NCBI RefSeq assembly: GCF_006345805.1
Contig: NC_043003.1
Location: forward strand, 10,850,001 to 10,914,000
Length of the DNA stretch: 64,000 bases
Reading direction: 5' to 3'
Source: Octopus sinensis
Lineage: Eukaryota
In this document: piece by piece, positions 38,205 to 52,110 of the stretch
How positions within the stretch are numbered: position 1 is the first letter of the stretch
Layout of the letters: every line of letters starts with the position of its first letter
Translations under genes and position numbers: made by a program
The notes under the pieces: model-generated
The model's database searches: none
The model's input: the letters and a program-made list of their open reading frames with translations, nothing else
What the model was told of the DNA's origin: nothing

Positions 38205-41200
38205 GACGGGCTTCTTTCAGTTTCTGTCTACCAAATCCACTCACAAGGCTTTGGTCGGCCCAAAGCTATAGTAGACTCTTGCCCAAGACTGAACCTGGAA
38301 CCATGTATTTCGTAAGCAAGCTACTTACCACACAGCTACTCCTAGAATTTGCTTTGGTACCCCATCACTCCTGTCTTTTTCTTCTTCCCAGTTATTCCCA
38401 CCCACCCTTCCTCATATAACATAGGGTAACCAAGTATTTCTAGCAAGACACCTGTGCTTGTCCCTCGATCTATTTTAGCCTCTCAGTACCTGGCATAAAG
38501 CTACCTCCCCCTCCAAAATCCTACTCCACCATCTACATTGTTGAGTAGGGGTTTTTCCTTTTCCTTTCTACATTTTTCCTTCTTTACAAGAATACTGAAC
38601 TTTGAGAGGTTTTTGTAGAGGACCTGGTTACTCCCAACCGGTATGGAAAGGGGTGAGAAAGAGAAAACGAGCAGTAGCAGTTGCAAGAGATGAGGTACCC
38701 AGGTGGGCCCCATTGGATTGCAAGATTATATGGGAAAGAGAATGGGGAGATGCACTTGTGCTGCTAGAGTGATGGTTGATGATGAGAAGGGCATCCAGCC
38801 GTAGAAAATCCGTCCCAGTAAACTCTGTCTAACCCATGCAAGTATAGAAAAGTAGACATTAAAATGAGGATGGTAATTAACTAGCAAACAGTTGCTGTTT
38901 CACAGACAGTCACGTTTCTCATCATTATCATCATCATCATCGTTTAACGTCCACTTTCCATGCTGGCATGGGTTGGATGGTTCGACTGAGGGCTGGCAAG
39001 CCAGAAGGCTGCACCACGCTCCAATTTGATCTGGCAAAGTTTCTACAGCTGGATGCTCTTCCTAATGCCAGCTGCCCTTCTTAACACCAACCATGCTTAA
39101 ATAATGATCTTTACTTCATTTATTTATTTATGTAATTATTTATTCATTTATTTTTCAGAGAAGAAAAGCAATATATTAAAGTTCCACAGGATATAGCTGA
39201 TGCAAAAAACCTAGGCCGTATTTTATCTCGCTACAAGGATAAATATTTTTACCAAGTTCTAGCTGGATATTTCATTGTCTATATTTTGTATCCTTTTGCA
39301 GTGATTTTTTGCTTTCCTCATTATCTCAGTGCAGTTTTGTAACTCATAGAATTCTTTAATGCTTTTGGTGGTTCAGTTTTTATTTCTTGACCCATTTTAA
39401 ACTTTTGATGTGGAACTCCTCGAAAATTTTGTTCCTTTGAAGGATCTACGGGGTAGCATTACTTGATAGGGTGTGCAGGCTGGAGATCAGGGAGTCTCCC
39501 CAGGTCGAGCTGCTACTTCCTAGAGATCACAGTTCCAGCATTATGATCATGTGGTTAAAATGTCATAAGAAAGAATCATCATCACCATCATCATCATTTA
39601 GCATCCGCTTTCCATGCTAGCATGGGTTGGATGGTTCAACTGGGGTCTGGGAAGCCTGAAGGCTGCTCCAGGCCCAGTGTGATCTGGCAGTGTTTCTACG
39701 GCTGGATGCCCTTCCTAACGCCAACCACTCCGTGAGTATAGTGGGTGCTTTTTACGTGCCACCCGCACAGGTGCAAGACGGGGCTGGCAAACGGCCACGG
39801 ACGGATGGTGCTTTTTACGTGCCACCGACACGGGGGCCAGGCCAGAAGACAAATTCTTCAAGCTGAACCAACAGGCAAGAGATCTAAAGACAGACTAAGA
39901 ATGAGATGCTTGGATAATCTCTCTCTATATAAAGCTGAAGTTGTCTGTGTGGGGCAGGTTTGGTAGCCTTCAACTAACCCTATCTCCTCCGAGACCCTGC
40001 AGCGCAAGTTGATCAAAATTGAGAGTATGATAGAAGAAGGCTTGCTCTTCCTTCCGTAGAAGAATTTCAAATCGGACCATGTTACACCAACAAATTTTTA
40101 CATCAAAAAGGTGCTTTTTTTCTATGAAAATCCATATTTTTTACGATTTTTTACTGCTGTGTCGCCATTTTTTGGTGTATTTCAACCAGAAAAATGTTCA
40201 CTTAAAGAGATAACAAGTACATAATGCAAACTTTTTACTTTTCAAAATTCCAATTCTAAAAGTTGTGAAACAAACCCGAGCAACGCCGGGCGATACTGCT
40301 AGTATTCTTAACACTTTAAACGCATCTCTGAGTTTAGCCATTAAGCCTCACCAGCATCTTGTTCAGTTGCTTTTTCTTATTGATTATTTTACTTTATTAT
40401 TACTCTTTACTCTTTACTCTTTTACTTGTTTCAGTCATTTGACTGCGGCCATGCTGGAGCACCGCCTTTAGCGAGCAACTCGACCCCGGGACTTATTCTT
40501 TGTAAGCCCAGTACTTATTCTATCGGTCTCTTTTGCCGAACCGCTAAGTGACGGTTAAGTTTTTTTAAAATTGTTTTCTGTAGTTTCAGCTCAGAGCTGT
40601 GGCCGTGCTGGAGCACCACCATTTAATAATGAAACGGGAATAGATGTTATAAATTTACAAAATATTGTTATTATCCTTTATTTCTAAAACATAATTCATG
40701 TATAATAACGACTGAGTTCATTAAAATATCAGTTTCTAAAATTTTTTTAAAATTTATACTGTGCACCAATAGTGGTACTCAATACAGGTTGGGTCAGTTA
40801 CCCTTGTACTGTATATGGCGCACAATGAAGTTAAAGTGTTAATCTTAATTGGTCCCTCTTGGGAATCCAGCTGAAAAGTGTAACAATGACCACTTATGAT
40901 AGAACCCTATGGAGGAGATGCTTGAGGACTCTCCCACCATGGCTCTCCCTGGAATAGTGGACAGAGAAAGAGAAGGATGGATATGGGTATTGGATTTTTC
41001 TATCTTACCCTCAGCCTGGTTTTTTTTTTTTTTTTCTTTTGCAATTGTATCAATTTTTCTTTTTCCCTTAACCCTGTCAGTCTACAGTCATTTGCCATTC
41101 CAGGATCCATCTTCCTCAGTATTCTATCAGGATTCCTATTCTCATTCCCATTGGCCTTATTTTTGGTTTGTTTGGTAAGTATGTCACTCTGTCATTTTGT

Positions 41201-44200
41201 TTATGCAGACCCACATGACGCACACCCTCCCCCACAACCTTGTGATCTTGGGTTCAGTTCCACTGCATGCCATCTTAGGCTGCTGTCTTCCTCTGTGGGG
41301 CCCAGGCCAACTAAAACGTCATTTTTCTCATTATTATTATTATTACTACTACTACCAAGGCAGTGAGCTGGCAGAATTGCTAACAGACTGGGCTAAATGC
41401 TTAGTGGTATTTCACCCATGACTACATGCTGAGTTCAAATTCCACCATGGTCAGCTATGGCTTTCATTCTTTTGGGGTTGATAAAGTAAGTACCAGCTGT
41501 GTACTGGGGTCGATGTAATTGACTATTCCCATCCCCCAGATTTCAGACTTTGTGCCTATAGTAGAAAGAATTATTATTATCATTATCATTGTCTGATAAG
41601 GGTACATCAGGCACATGCATCACAACCACATATGCATGACATGGTGATCTCACATTAAGATAAACAGCACATTATCTTGCAGGTGGAGCCCAGTTAGAAT
41701 TTTCTTCTAGTCAAGTAGCCCATCCCACTCAAAAGGTCCCCGAATAAAGGTTGTTTAAGAATGACGAACAAAGCACTCATGTTTCCAAAGGTGAATTGTC
41801 CAAACTCAAAAGAATCCCTCTCAACACATGGCTATGATGCTCCCCCACTATTTCTGCTCGTGATCAGAGATGCACATATCATCAGCCACTAAGGGACATG
41901 CTCAACTGGTTAAGGTCAAACAACTGACAAGCAAATCTGTGGTATTGAGCAGAATATTTGCTGTAGCCCATCTTTTATACCAAGACAACACAATGTACAT
42001 GATAACACTTCCAATCAGTTAAGATCAGAAGCCATGAGAGCCACTGCCTGGTACTGCATCAGGGCATTTATTATTGTTGTTGTTATTATTATTATTATGA
42101 TGATGTAGTAGTAGTAGTAAGGCAGTGAGCTGACAGAATCATTAGCACACCGGGCGAAATGCTTAGCGGTATTTTGTCTGTCGCTATGTTCTGAGTTCAA
42201 ATGCTGCCACAGCTGACTTCGCCTTTCATCCTTTCAGGGTCGATTAAATAAGTACCCTTCCCCCAAAGAATTATTATTATTACTCTTATTGTTGTTGTTG
42301 TTATTATTATTATTATTATTACTTTTATTATTATTATTATTATTTTTCTCTTTCCATTGTTAGTGTTCTGCAATTGGTGCTTCGTTTTGTTATTTGATTG
42401 CTGATTTTGTTGGTCATCGTTTGGTGGAGAAGTACTGGCCAGCCAGGGTTGCTGACTGGCAAGCACAGGTAAGTTTAGCTTTGACTCTTGAATCACCATC
42501 ATATGAAACCCATCTTAAAAGCACCGAGTGAAAGCGCCCACGCGGGTGCCATCTAAAAGCACCCAGTGCACTCTGTAAAGTGGTTGGCATTAGGAAGGTC
42601 ATCCAGCCACAGAAACTGTACCTAAACTAACAACTGGAGCTTGGTATGGCTCTGCAGCTTGCCACCTCTTGCCACACTGTCCAGCCCATCGATCATCATC
42701 ATCGTTTAATGTCCTTTTTCCATGCTGGCATGGGTTGGATGGTTTGACTGGGGACTGGCAAGCCACGAGGCCTCGCCAGACTCCAGTCTGATCTGGCGGT
42801 CTTTCTACAGCTTGATGCCCTTCCTAATGCCAACCACTCCGAGAGTGTAGTGGGTGCTTTTTATGTACCATCAGCATGGGAGCCAGTCAGGCAGCACTGG
42901 CATCAACCAAATTCGAATGGTGCTTTTTACATGCCACTGGCATGGGAGCTGCTCAGGCGGTACTGGCTTAGACCACACTTGAATGGTGTCTTTTACGTGC
43001 CACTGGCACAGGAGCCTATTGGGGTGCGGGGGCTGGCACCGACCACATTTGGATGGTATTTTTTACGTGCCACCAGCATGGGGAGCCATTTAGGCAGCAC
43101 TGGCAATGACCCATGCATGCATGGTGCTTATTGCATTCCATCAGCACGGGAGCCAGTCAGGCGGCACTGGCATCTGCCACAACTACAATTTCCATTTGAT
43201 TGTGATCAGATTTGATTCAATTTTGATTTTAATTTTACTTGACTCAATAGGTGTCCTGAAGCACAGCACGTTGCCCAACAATTCAGAGGTACTTTTTAAA
43301 TGGGCTGATTATGCGACACTGGTGTAGGCTGCAGCTGTGATTTCAGATTACTTGCTGGGTCTTCTCAATCACAGCATATCTCCAGAGGTCTCGGTCTTTT
43401 GTCATTGCCTCTGTGAGGCCCAACATTTGAAGGTCATGCTTCACCATCTCATCCCATATCTTCCTGGGTCTCCTTTTTCCATGGGTTTCTGCCACTGTTA
43501 GGGAGTGACACTTCTTCACATGGCTATCCTCATTCATATGCATCACATGACCATACCAGCACAGTCGTCTCTCTTGCACACCACATCTGATGCTTCTTAT
43601 GTCCAACATTTCTCTCAGGGTGCTTACACTCTGTCATGTATGCACACTGACATTACACATCCAGCGGATCATGCTGGCTTCATTTCTTTCAAGCCTACAC
43701 ATGTCTTCAGCAGTTACAGCCCATGTTTCACTGCCATGTAGCATAGCAGTTTGCATACATGCATCATACAATCTACCCTTCGCTTTGAGCAAGAGGTACT
43801 TTGTCACCAGTAGGGGTAAGAGCTTTCTGAACTTTGCCCAGGCTAATCTTATTCCAGTGGTAACACTCTCTGAGCATCCACCTCCACTACAGTTTTGGTC
43901 ACCTAGGTAGCGGAAGCTATCAAAAATGGATGTTAAAAGATGATGATGATGGTGATGCTCTTCGTATGACTTCCCATGCCTTGTTTATATCTTCTCCCTT
44001 TTATGATAAGCTGTCATTTCCCTTACTTTGCTGTCCCCTTTTCCTCACCCTTCAGCTTTTGCTTACCTAATATTTCTTTGATGTGCTTCGCCCTTCCCCA
44101 ATCTAACATCCTGTATCTATGTTTAGTCACATCTCACTGACTCAGCAAAGATACTGGTCTGCTGACATGAAGGATAGGCTGTCGTCTATATCCTGTTATT

Positions 44201-47200
44201 GGTGTTTGGCTTGTGATGTATTTCTATATTACTATTTCCAACCGAGATGCTTAATTCTTAACTTCCCTAACGATCTTCACTGACAGAACACGCACGCACG
44301 CACACATAAAGTAAAAGTGCTTCAATCAGGAACGGAAACCCAATAGCTTGTTAATAGTTTAACATTATTCTGTTGCAATTTCACATGCACACATAGGCAC
44401 AGCCATGGCTGTGTGGTAAGTAGCTTGCTTCCCAAACGCATGGTTCCGGGTTCAGTCCCACTGCATAGCACCTTGGGCAAGTGTCTTCTACTATGGCCTC
44501 AGACCAACCAAAGCCTTGTGAGTGGATTTGGTAGACGGAAACTGAAAGAAGCCCGTCATATATATGCGTGTGTGTGTGTGTGCATGTGTCTTTGTATCTG
44601 AGTTTGTCCCCCCACCTTTGCTTGACAACTGGTGTTGGTGTGTTTATGTGCTTGTAACTTAGCAGTTCATCAAAAGAGACTGCTAGAATATGTACCAGGC
44701 TTAAAGAAAATAATTACTTGGGTCGATTCATTAGACTGAAAGTTCTTCAATGTTGTGCCCCAGCATGGTCGCTATCTAATGACTGAAACAAGTGAAAGAT
44801 TATTGATTGATTGATTGATTCTAGTTTCAGCTCACGAGCTGTGGCCATGCTGGGGCACTGCCATTTGAATAAAACAGCACATGTAGAGTATGTCATAAAA
44901 GATAAAACACTAAGAGCAGGCAAGTTATTTACTCCAATTCTCTGAAGTGACCATATTTGTTCATCATCATCATCATCATCATCGTTAACATCTACTTTCC
45001 ATGCTGGCATGGTTTGGACGATTTGACTAAGGACTGGCGAGTCAGGAGACTGCACCAGGCTCCAGTCAGATCTGGCAAGGTCTCTACAGCTGGATGCCCT
45101 TCTTAACACCAACCACTCCAAGAGTGTAGTGGGTGCTTTTTACGTGCCACCAGCACAGATACCAGTCAGGCAGCACTGGTATCGGTCACACTCAAATGAT
45201 GCTTTTTATGTCCCATGGCATGGGTGCCAGTCATGCGGAACTGGCATTGACCATGTTCAAATGGTGATTTTTATGTGCCGCTGGTGGGTGTGCAGTCTGG
45301 CAGCACTGGTATCGGTCACGCTCGAATGGGGCTTTTTACATGTCACCAGCATGGGAGTCGTCAGTCATGTGGTACTGGCATCGACCATGCTCAAATGGTG
45401 CTGGCTGCGTGTTTCTCTGGGATTGGTTAAGTGATGAGACCTTAAAAAGGGTCAACAATGATTAAGGCTCTGCATCATTTCTTTCAATCTACAAAGAAAC
45501 AAGATATCTTTAACCTGCTTGTATGTCGACTACTTTGATCTATAATCTGTTATGTTTATTTCAGGTTGCGTCTTACCGTGAACATTTGCTAAATTACATC
45601 ATTTTTCTTCGAATTACACCATTCCTACCCAACTGGTTCATCAATATTGCTGCACCTGTGATCAACGTTCCTTTGAAGCTATTTTTTCTTGGAACATTTA
45701 TTGGTAAATATTGATTGATTTTTTTCCTTCTCAAACACAACATCCTCGGTGAAGGTCACCACAGGCATTAAGCACCACCCCAGTATATTACTGGTAGTCA
45801 TTTTATTGATAGTAGAAGGGTTAGAACGCATGCTTTACCTTCAAGGTCAAGTGTGTCTTTTAACTCTTCTTTGCCATTAATAACAGCCAAATTCCCTAAA
45901 AAGAAGAATTTTTTTAAACATAAAAAGAAAAATATTAATGTAATGCAAAAACTATCAAAACCTCTCTGGACATTACTGTCTTGTGTAGTAAAGATTGTTT
46001 GTCAACATAACATGGCAGTCCTGGTTTAGGACTAATGTTACTGTAATTTAGCCCCAGGAGATATCGTCTCCAGCTGGTTATACGGCACGATCTGTGTCCT
46101 TGCATTTTCCAAACAAGGAAATCTAGCACTCTCAGTCAGCTCTAAATAATATCTGTGTGAGGATGCTAGATTCCCTTGCTCGAAAATATAAGGACACAGA
46201 TCGTGTCGTATAGCCAGCTGGAGACGATGTCTCCTGGGGCTAAGTTACAGCAACATTCGTCCTAAACCAGGATAGCCATGTTATGTTGGCAAACAATCTT
46301 TACTACGAAGTACTGTTGCTAAATATCTCGTTATGAGATTAAAAAATAGTAATTACAGTCTTGTGTCACTTACCCAGATTCCATGGTGTGTGAGTGACCA
46401 AAATAACAACATTCCTTCTTGGATCAACAAGAAATTAAAATGTTTTGCTCAAGAACACAAGACTCTGCCTGGTTCTGGAATCAGAATCACAATTTTGTGA
46501 TCATGAGTGGAACATGCTAACCATTAGACCATGCATTTTCACTCATGTAAAAACCACTCCCTGTTAAATTCCTTCTGCATCTATCCAACAGTTAAGTAAA
46601 AAAAGGGACCAAGATCTTGACAAAAATGTAACCTATCCTGGCATGGGTTGGACAGTTTGACAGGAGCTGGCAATCTGGAGAGCTCCCATTTTCTGTTTTG
46701 GCGTGGTTTCTACAGTTGGATGCCTTTCCTTTCACTAACCCTCACCTGTTTCCAAGTAAGGTAGTATTTCCCCAAAGCCAGACAGACAGGCTTTTCACAG
46801 AAAACGGGAAACAAACAGCATCACTTGTATTACGATGATGCTCTTTAACAACCATGATATCTAGACCAAGGTATATACACCCACTCACCCACATGTATCT
46901 ATGTATGTATATATCAGGGACATGCTGCCTGGGTAGGCAATGTAGGCAGTGCCTACATTGAATAAATAGATCAATAGCAACATTTTTCTCTCATGATAAA
47001 ATATGCACCTAATTCAATAAAATTATGAAGGTTACTTTTGTAGATTAGGAAGGCATAATTCACCTCTGCTTTTCAATCTCGGTATTAAAGCTATGCATAG
47101 AACTGCTGTAGTACACATGCTGCGTACACTCCTACAACACCGTTTTCTTTACGTGCTAGAAAGGCAGAAGTAAATCTGCCTTCAACTCAGTCACATACCT

Positions 47201-48356
47201 GTATTTCACTTATTTTTCGTGTTTTACTACATAAGGGTCGCCAACTTCCTATCCTGAGTAATTACTGACACAGCACGTGCCTTGTATGTGTGTGTGTATG
47301 TATCTATATATTGAAGACGCTCAGGTCACTCAGAGGGCCTGAACTGGAAACTACCTGGCTGGGAAGCAAGCTTCTTAACCACACATCCATGTATTCTTTT
47401 TTATTTTCTTCCTACTAAAGGCACAAGGCCTGAAATTTTGGGGGAGGGGTTAAGTCGATTACATCAACCCCAGTACTCAACTGGTACTTAATTCATCAAC
47501 CCCGAAAGGATGAAAGGCAAAGTCGACCTCAGTGGAATTTGAACTCAGAATGTAGCGATGGGTGAAATACCGCTAAGCATTTTGCCCGACATGCTATCAA
47601 TTATGCCAGCTTGCTGCCTTGTGCATCCATGCATTCATCTCTTCAACAAGTCACTTGCTCCCCTCTGTCTATCATATTTTCTTACCCTTGCAGTCGAAAC
47701 CCTGCCCAGTTGGGGCGGGTCTTTTCTTGTGGGTATTTGGCGACCTCACCAGTGCTTGCACTCAGTATTCTCTCTTAAGTGGTTGGCATTAGGAAGGGCA
47801 TCCAGCTGTAGAAACCATGCCAAAGCAGACATAGAACCTGGCATGGCCCCTCTGGTGTGTCTGTTCTTGTCAAACTGTCCAACCCATGCCAGCCTAGAAA
47901 AAAGGATATTCGATGATGATGGTGGTGGTCTTCTCTGTATTTGAGAAGAGAGGGAGAGAGTAATATATCTGAGGGTGTGAAAAATATATGAATGAAAGAG
48001 TGTATGTGCCATGTGTGATGTGTGCATGAGGGGTGGGGGAGGAGTGGTTCTGACCGGCATCTCTGTCGCCTCCTCTCACTATCACCATCTATTCACCCCC
48101 ACTCCACACCTCAACGTGCTCACCCCTTTTTTTGTGCGTTTCTGCTGCTACATAAAAACACACCAATCAAATGGGTGGACTATTCTACCCCCCACCCCAC
48201 CCCCACCCACACAACTGTCTCATGTTTCTTTTCTCTACCTCAGTCTCTCTTCTGCCCCTCTGATACGTGTGTATATGTGTGTGTGTGTGTATACACACAT
48301 ACATATACATGCATATATATATATATATATACATGCATATATATAATATATGCATT

Positions 48357-48399
<43 letters not shown>

Positions 48400-48449
48400 A
48401 TATAATATAATATATATATGCATATATATATATATATATATTATATATA

Positions 48450-48487
<38 letters not shown>

Positions 48488-48490
48488 ATA

Positions 48491-48526
<36 letters not shown>

Positions 48527-48543
48527 TATATAATATATATATA

Positions 48544-48577
<34 letters not shown>

Positions 48578-48594
48578 TATATATATATAATACA

Positions 48595-48647
<53 letters not shown>

Positions 48648-49515
48648 TATAAATGCATATATATATATAATATATATATATATGTATATATGATCATATA
48701 TATATATATATATGTATATATGCATATATATATATATATATATATAATATATATATATAATATATACACATATATACAAACATATACATATACACACACA
48801 CGCACACATGTAGATAGATAGACAGGTAGACAGACAGACAGACTGACAGAAACACACACACATACATTTTTTATCTTTTACTTAGTTCAATCATTAGGCT
48901 GGCCATGCTGGGGCATTTTCCAGGTTATATCCTCTAACTGTTCCTTTAAGCACATAATAGGTACAGACACACACTTAACTATCTCACTGCCAGATCCCGG
49001 GCAATCAATATGTGTACAGTATATATATGTGTATGTATGTATGTGTGTGTGTGTATTGGTAGAGTCTCTGATGTTAATCCCATATTTCTGTGTGTGTGTG
49101 TGTGTGTGCACACGTTGTGGACAGACATTGTCACATCTCCCTGGTAAATGATCAATATACATGTGGACACTAACAAGCAAGTTGGGAGGGGGGTGAAGGT
49201 GGGAAATTTCCCTCCATGCCTACCCCCACCGATCCTTCCTGACAGCCTTTGGTCCCAACCTCCACTTAGCTAATAGGCTCTGTAAATCTCCTCATCCTCT
49301 GCCTCCTGCCTCTCCTCTGCCTCCGCCTCTCCTCCTTCCTCTCCTCTCACATTTTGTCACTTGCTTTTCATCTCTTCCTCCCCTTCTTTCCCTCTCTTTT
49401 TAATGTGTCTGTCTGTCTCTCTCTATCATTACAGCCCCTCCCTTACACACTACTGATCTATAGATCTAACACACACACATACACACACGCACACACACAC
49501 ATGCATTCATCATAA

Positions 49516-49552
<37 letters not shown>

Positions 49553-49917
49553 GTTGTACAGGCTGTTACTACTCTCCCTCTTTATATATATCCTACCCCC
49601 CACACTCTTTCCTCCATGCTCTTTCTCTCTCTCTCTTTTTCTGACCCACCGCCACCACACACTGACATCCTACCTTCTTTCTGTCCCTCTTTCTCTCTCT
49701 TCTTTCTCTTTCTTTTTCTTTCCTACTTCGATCCATTAATGTAAGGCAATGAAGGAAATTGTCCTTCATACCTCACCTCACCTTACATTTCCACCCAGGA
49801 TTGATGGCTCTCTCACACACACACCACACACACACACACTCTCACACTTTCTCTCTCTCTCTCAGAAACAACATATTGATGGATTTAACCATTGAACACA
49901 CATGCGCACACACATAA

Positions 49918-49948
<31 letters not shown>

Positions 49949-50935
49949 CTCTATCTATCACACATATACACACACACTCTCTCTCTCTCACACACACACT
50001 TTCTCTCTCTCTCACACACACACTCTTTCTCTCTCTCTCTCTCTCTCTCAGAACCAACATATTGATGGATTTAACCATTGAACACACATGCACACACACA
50101 TATAATTATACACGCACACACACATGGACACTTATAGACACACACACATGTGCACGCCTGCACTCACACACACGCCCACTCATGTATTCACACAAGTGTG
50201 CACACCTACACACATACACACTCTCACCCACCTACTCACATATACACCTACACACACACACACACGCACGCACACACACCGACTCACCCTCCGTCTGTCT
50301 CCCTCACTCTCCCTCGCCTTTATCTTCTCTCTCTTTCTCTCATCTCCCCTCTTTCACACACACACACACACGTTTTCACATTCTCTCCCTCCCCATAAAT
50401 ATTTGTGTGTGTGTGTGCATGCATGTGTGTGTGTAATTACTATCTATCTCCCTAATCAGTAATTATCGCACTTTCGTCTCTTTATCTCTTTATCTCTATC
50501 AATCTATCCACCTAGGGATCTCTTTGTTTCTCTCTTTCTCTGTTTATACCTATCCCTCTATGTATCTATTTATCTCTTTCTATCTATCTATATCTATCTA
50601 TCTGTCTATCTGTTTGCCTGCCTCTTTCTCTCTGTCTTTCTATTTATCTATCTATCTCTCTGTTTGTCTGTCTATCTTTCTCTCTCTCTCTCTCTGTCTA
50701 ATTCATCTATTAGTCTATCTGTTTTTTTGTCTCTCTCTATCTGTCTGTTTGTCTGTCTCTGTCTATCTGTCTATCTATCTCTATCTGTCTCTCTTTATCT
50801 ATTTGTCTGTCTGTCAGTCAGTCTGTCTCTCCCTGTCTATCTATCTGTCTGTCTGTTTCTCTTTCTGTCTGTCTGTCTCTCTCTCTCTCTATCACACATA
50901 TACACACACACTCTCTCTCTCTCACACACACACTT

Positions 50936-50966
<31 letters not shown>

Positions 50967-52054
50967 CTCTCTCTCTCAGAACCAACATATTGATGGATTT
51001 AACCATTGAACACACATGCACACACACATATAATTATACACGCACACACACATGGACACTTATAGACACACACACATGTGCACGCCTGCACTCACACACA
51101 CGCCCACTCATGTATTCACACACGTGTGCACACCTACACACATACACACTCTCACCCACCTACTCACATATACACCTACACACACACACACACGCACACA
51201 CCGACTCACCCTCCGTCTCCCTCCCTCACTCTCCCTCGCCTTTATCTTCTCTCTCTTTCTCTCATCTCCCCTCTTTCACACACACACACACACGTTTTCA
51301 CATTCTCTCCCTCCCCATAAATATTTGTGTGTGTGTGTGCATGCATGTGTGTGTGTGTGTAATTACTATCTATCTCCCTAATCAGTAATTATCGCACTTT
51401 CGTCTCTTTATCTCTTTATCTCTATCAATCTATCCACCTAGGGATCTCTTTGTTTCTCTCTTTCTCTGTTTATACCTATCCCTCTATGTATCTATTTATC
51501 TCTTTCTATCTATCTATATCTATCTATCTGTCTATCTGTTTGCCTGCCTCTTTCTCTCTGTCTTTCTATTTATCTATCTATCTCTCTGTTTGTCTGTCTA
51601 TCTTTCTCTCTCTCTCTCTCTGTCTAATTCATCTATTAGTCTATCTGTTTTTTTGTCTCTCTCTATCTGTCTGTTTGTCTGTCTCTGTCTATCTGTCTAT
51701 CTATCTCTATCTGTCTCTCTTTATCTATTTGTCTGTCTGTCAGTCAGTCTGTCTCTCCCTGTCTATCTATCTGTCTGTCTGTTTCTCTTTCTGTCTGTCT
51801 GTCTCTCTCTCTCTCTACTTTCTATCATACAGACATCCTTCCTTTCTCTTCTTCCTCCCTCTCATCTCCCCACCCCTTATACCACTCTATGCTCTCTTTG
51901 CCTCCCCCTCCTCTTCTCCATTTGGACCTGTCCACTCTTACTATCCCCTACCCCCTCCCCGGTTGCACCAAGTGATGTGAACTAGCTAGCAGCATTGACT
52001 TGGGTGGATGAAGGTGATGAGGGTGGGGAGGTGGTCTTACTGGACAGAGTACAG

Positions 52055-52110
<56 letters not shown>

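Noticed and set aside
40977-41366. 129-aa single ORF covering exon 4
   Set aside because: Chance in-frame read-through of flanking intron; the real exon is 41081-41174.
43343-43609. Independent 88-aa gene
   Set aside because: C-terminal fragment of a decayed RTE LINE with upstream stops.
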